Part shown: piece by piece, positions 62,106 to 64,000 of the stretch
Layout: each line of letters begins with the position of its first letter
Position numbering within the stretch: position 1 is the first letter of the stretch
Source: Alistipes shahii
GTDB lineage: Bacteria > Bacillota_I > Bacilli_A > RFN20 > CAG-826
NCBI GenBank assembly: GCA_963598795.1
Contig: CAVBUY010000002.1
Coordinates: forward strand, 78,216-142,215
Length of the DNA: 64,000 nucleotides
Direction: 5' to 3'
Notes under the pieces: model-generated
Told to the model about the DNA's origin: nothing
Databases searched by the model: none
The model's input: the letters and a program-made list of their open reading frames with translations, nothing else
Translations under genes and position numbers: made by a program

Positions 62106-63125
62106 TTATTCAATCCCATTTGGGTTTTTCTTTTGGAAATTGTAGGAATCGTAACATGCTTGTTCGATGCTGAGATTCGTTTTCCAATGTAATTCTTCCA
62201 AGGCTTTGTCGCAATTGGCATATGAGACTGGCACATCGCCGTCTCTTCTGCCTTTTATCTGATAATTGATTTTGACTCCGGTTGCTTTTTCGAAAGCCTT
62301 TACCATTTCTAGCACCGAGGTTCCTTTCCCGGAGCCTAGGTTATAAATAACCAAGCCGGGATTTTCCTCGAGTTTATTTAAAGCCGAAACGTGGCCTTTT
62401 GCCAAGTCGACCACATGAATGTAGTCGCGGATAGCGGTTCCATCGGGTGTGTCATAATCGTCGCCATATACGTTTAAGTAAGGCAATGACCCTATGGCCA
62501 CCTTGGTTATATAAGGCATTAGATTGTTTGGAATGCCGTTTGGATCTTCGCCCAATAACCCGGATGGATGGGCCCCAATTGGGTTAAAATAACGGAGAAC
62601 CGCGATGTTTAGATCATCGTATTTGCTCGTAAACGTCTCACATATATGCTCGCATTCGATTTTGGTCAAGCCATAGGGGTTGGCGGCTTCGCCTATCGGA
62701 TCTTTCTCGGTCAAAGGCAGTTTCTTTGGGTTGCCATAAACGGTCGCCGAAGACGAGAAAACGAAATTATTCACTTTGAATTCTCTCATCAGAGACAGAA
62801 CAATCGTTAGAGAACCGACGTTATTTAACATATATTCTTGCGGCTTTTTGACCGATTCCGCCACCGATTTGAAGGCAGCGAAATGTATGACGGCGTCAAT
62901 TTTCGTTTTGGCAAACACTTCACGCATCGAATCGATGTCACGACAGTCATATTGATAGAAAAGGGGCGATACACCCGTAATTTTTTCAATTCTTTGCAAT
63001 ACGGCTTTCTTCGAATTGGAGAGATTGTCCACGATGATGGGGTTATATCCATTTTCAATAAGCTCCACCACCGTTTCGCTTCCTATAAAGCCTAACCCGC
63101 CGGTGACTAAAACGTTTTTGATCAT
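62106..63125 (-). CDS. galE: UDP-glucose 4-epimerase
   Basis: It contains VLVTGGLGFIGS and PYGLTKIECE (the YxxxK motif). Its length of 339 aa fits the family. Confidence 0.9.
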   Translation of the reverse strand: MIKNVLVTGGLGFIGSETVVELIENGYNPIIVDNLSNSKKAVLQRIEKITGVSPLFYQYDCRDIDSMREVFAKTKIDAVIHFAAFKSVAESVKKPQEYMLNNVGSLTIVLSLMREFKVNNFVFSSSATVYGNPKKLPLTEKDPIGEAANPYGLTKIECEHICETFTSKYDDLNIAVLRYFNPIGAHPSGLLGEDPNGIPNNLMPYITKVAIGSLPYLNVYGDDYDTPDGTAIRDYIHVVDLAKGHVSALNKLEENPGLVIYNLGSGKGTSVLEMVKAFEKATGVKINYQIKGRRDGDVPVSYANCDKALEELHWKTNLSIEQACYDSYNFQKKNPNGIE

Positions 63126-63128
63126 AAT

Positions 63129-64000
63129 TTACCTCTTCTTCAATTCCTCGATTAAGGTCTTGGACACTTCGGCTGGGTTGACTTTGCCTTGTGAAGCCTT
63201 CATAACTTGGCCAACCAAGAATCCCAAAGCCCTGTCTTTGCCACCTTTCCAGTCAATAATTGACTGAGGGTTGGCATCCAATACTTTATTAACGAAATCC
63301 AAAATGATGGAACCGTCAGATATCTGGGCTTTGATACCCAAAGCCTCTTTGGCTTCTTCCGGAGTTTCGCCGGTTTCCAAAACCTTGTTTAAAATTTGAA
63401 CGCATTGCTTATGTTGCAAGCCTTTTTCTTCTTGCATCAAAACGATTTCCGCCAATGTCTTAGCCTTTAAAGGCAACGACTCGATGGAAAAGCCGTTTTT
63501 ATTTAGATATCCATTTATTTCGACAATTAAGAAATTGGCCAAATCCTTGGCGTTTTTAACTGCTCCCATGCCTTCTTCAAAATACGAGGACATCTTGGTG
63601 TCGGATAAAATGATGGAAGCGTCCGCTTCGTTAAGCCCGGCGGAAAGATAACGCTCCTTTTTGGAATCGTACAATTCCGGGCATGTGGCGATAGCTTTAT
63701 CAACGAATTCATCAGACAAAGCAATTGGGGTTATGTTCGGCTCGCAGAAGTATTTGTAATCCACGGCGTCCGTCTTAACGCGCATCAAAACGGTCTTCCC
63801 GCTCGATTCGTCGTAACGTCTGGTTTCTTGTTGGACTTCTCCGCCGGAAAGAATGACCTTGCTTTGCCTTTCTATTTCGAAATCAAGCGCTTCTTGGATA
63901 TTTTTCAATGAATTGAGGTTTTTGACTTCGACTTTCGTTCCGAATTCTTTTTGCCCGAAAGGACGGATGGAAACGTTGACGTCGCAACGCAAAGAACCTT
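63129..64000 (-). CDS. gatB: Asp/Glu-tRNA amidotransferase subunit B, C-terminal part (the gene continues past the right edge)
   Basis: It contains ...RCDVNVSIRPFGQKEFGTKVEVKNLNS... and a GatB/YqeY C-terminal domain (IIDWKGGKDRALGFLVGQVMKASQGKVNP). The frame stays open to position 64000. Confidence 0.9.
   Translation of the reverse strand, partial: GSLRCDVNVSIRPFGQKEFGTKVEVKNLNSLKNIQEALDFEIERQSKVILSGGEVQQETRRYDESSGKTVLMRVKTDAVDYKYFCEPNITPIALSDEFVDKAIATCPELYDSKKERYLSAGLNEADASIILSDTKMSSYFEEGMGAVKNAKDLANFLIVEINGYLNKNGFSIESLPLKAKTLAEIVLMQEEKGLQHKQCVQILNKVLETGETPEEAKEALGIKAQISDGSIILDFVNKVLDANPQSIIDWKGGKDRALGFLVGQVMKASQGKVNPAEVSKTLIEELKKR

Noticed and set aside
1-64000. An alternative genetic code (TGA=Trp, or TAG reassigned) as the explanation for the in-frame TAG at 32741.
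   Set aside because: Long conserved genes end at TGA (the GT4 gene and the fusion gene) and at TAG (dxs, smpB). No other in-frame stops are needed to reconstruct conserved proteins.

Overview
This 64-kb chromosomal window is transcribed almost entirely on the minus strand. GC content looks uneven by eye, roughly mid-30s to mid-50s percent. The gene content suggests an anaerobic, lipoprotein-rich Bacillota/Mollicutes-type bacterium using the standard genetic code, since both TGA and TAG terminate long ORFs. This lineage call is inference only. The housekeeping content includes dxs, nfnAB-like oxidoreductase genes, ybaK, a cyclophilin, two MATE pumps, rarA and four tRNAs (Leu-UAG, Thr-UGU, Val-CAC, Ile-GAU). 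It continues with glyA, rplM-rpsI, yebC, truA, ecfA1A2T, dCMP deaminase, smpB, a superoxide reductase, gpmA, galE and the 3' part of gatB. The accessory content is dominated by 12 predicted lipoproteins, each with a lipobox Cys followed by a poly-Ser linker. The main accessory features are listed below.
- A ~16.5-kb LacI-associated glycan-utilisation operon (17.5-34 kb). It encodes two beta-helix hydrolase lipoproteins (one interrupted by a single in-frame TAG), a multi-module binding lipoprotein, an ABC importer, two tandem GH65 phosphorylases and an unusual beta-phosphoglucomutase::ABC-ATPase fusion.
- A four-gene surface operon (35.3-42.1 kb) encoding a Big_2 giant lipoprotein, an M6-like metalloprotease and two paralogous small lipoproteins.
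- Three endonuclease-I lipoprotein paralogues.
- A near-consensus promoter whose 17-nt spacer contains a G9 tract, upstream of a secreted protein gene and next to an IS30 transposase remnant. This is a candidate phase-variation switch.
- A cysteine-peptidase-like protein paired with a lipoprotein.

All functional calls come from motif recognition by eye; no searches were run.
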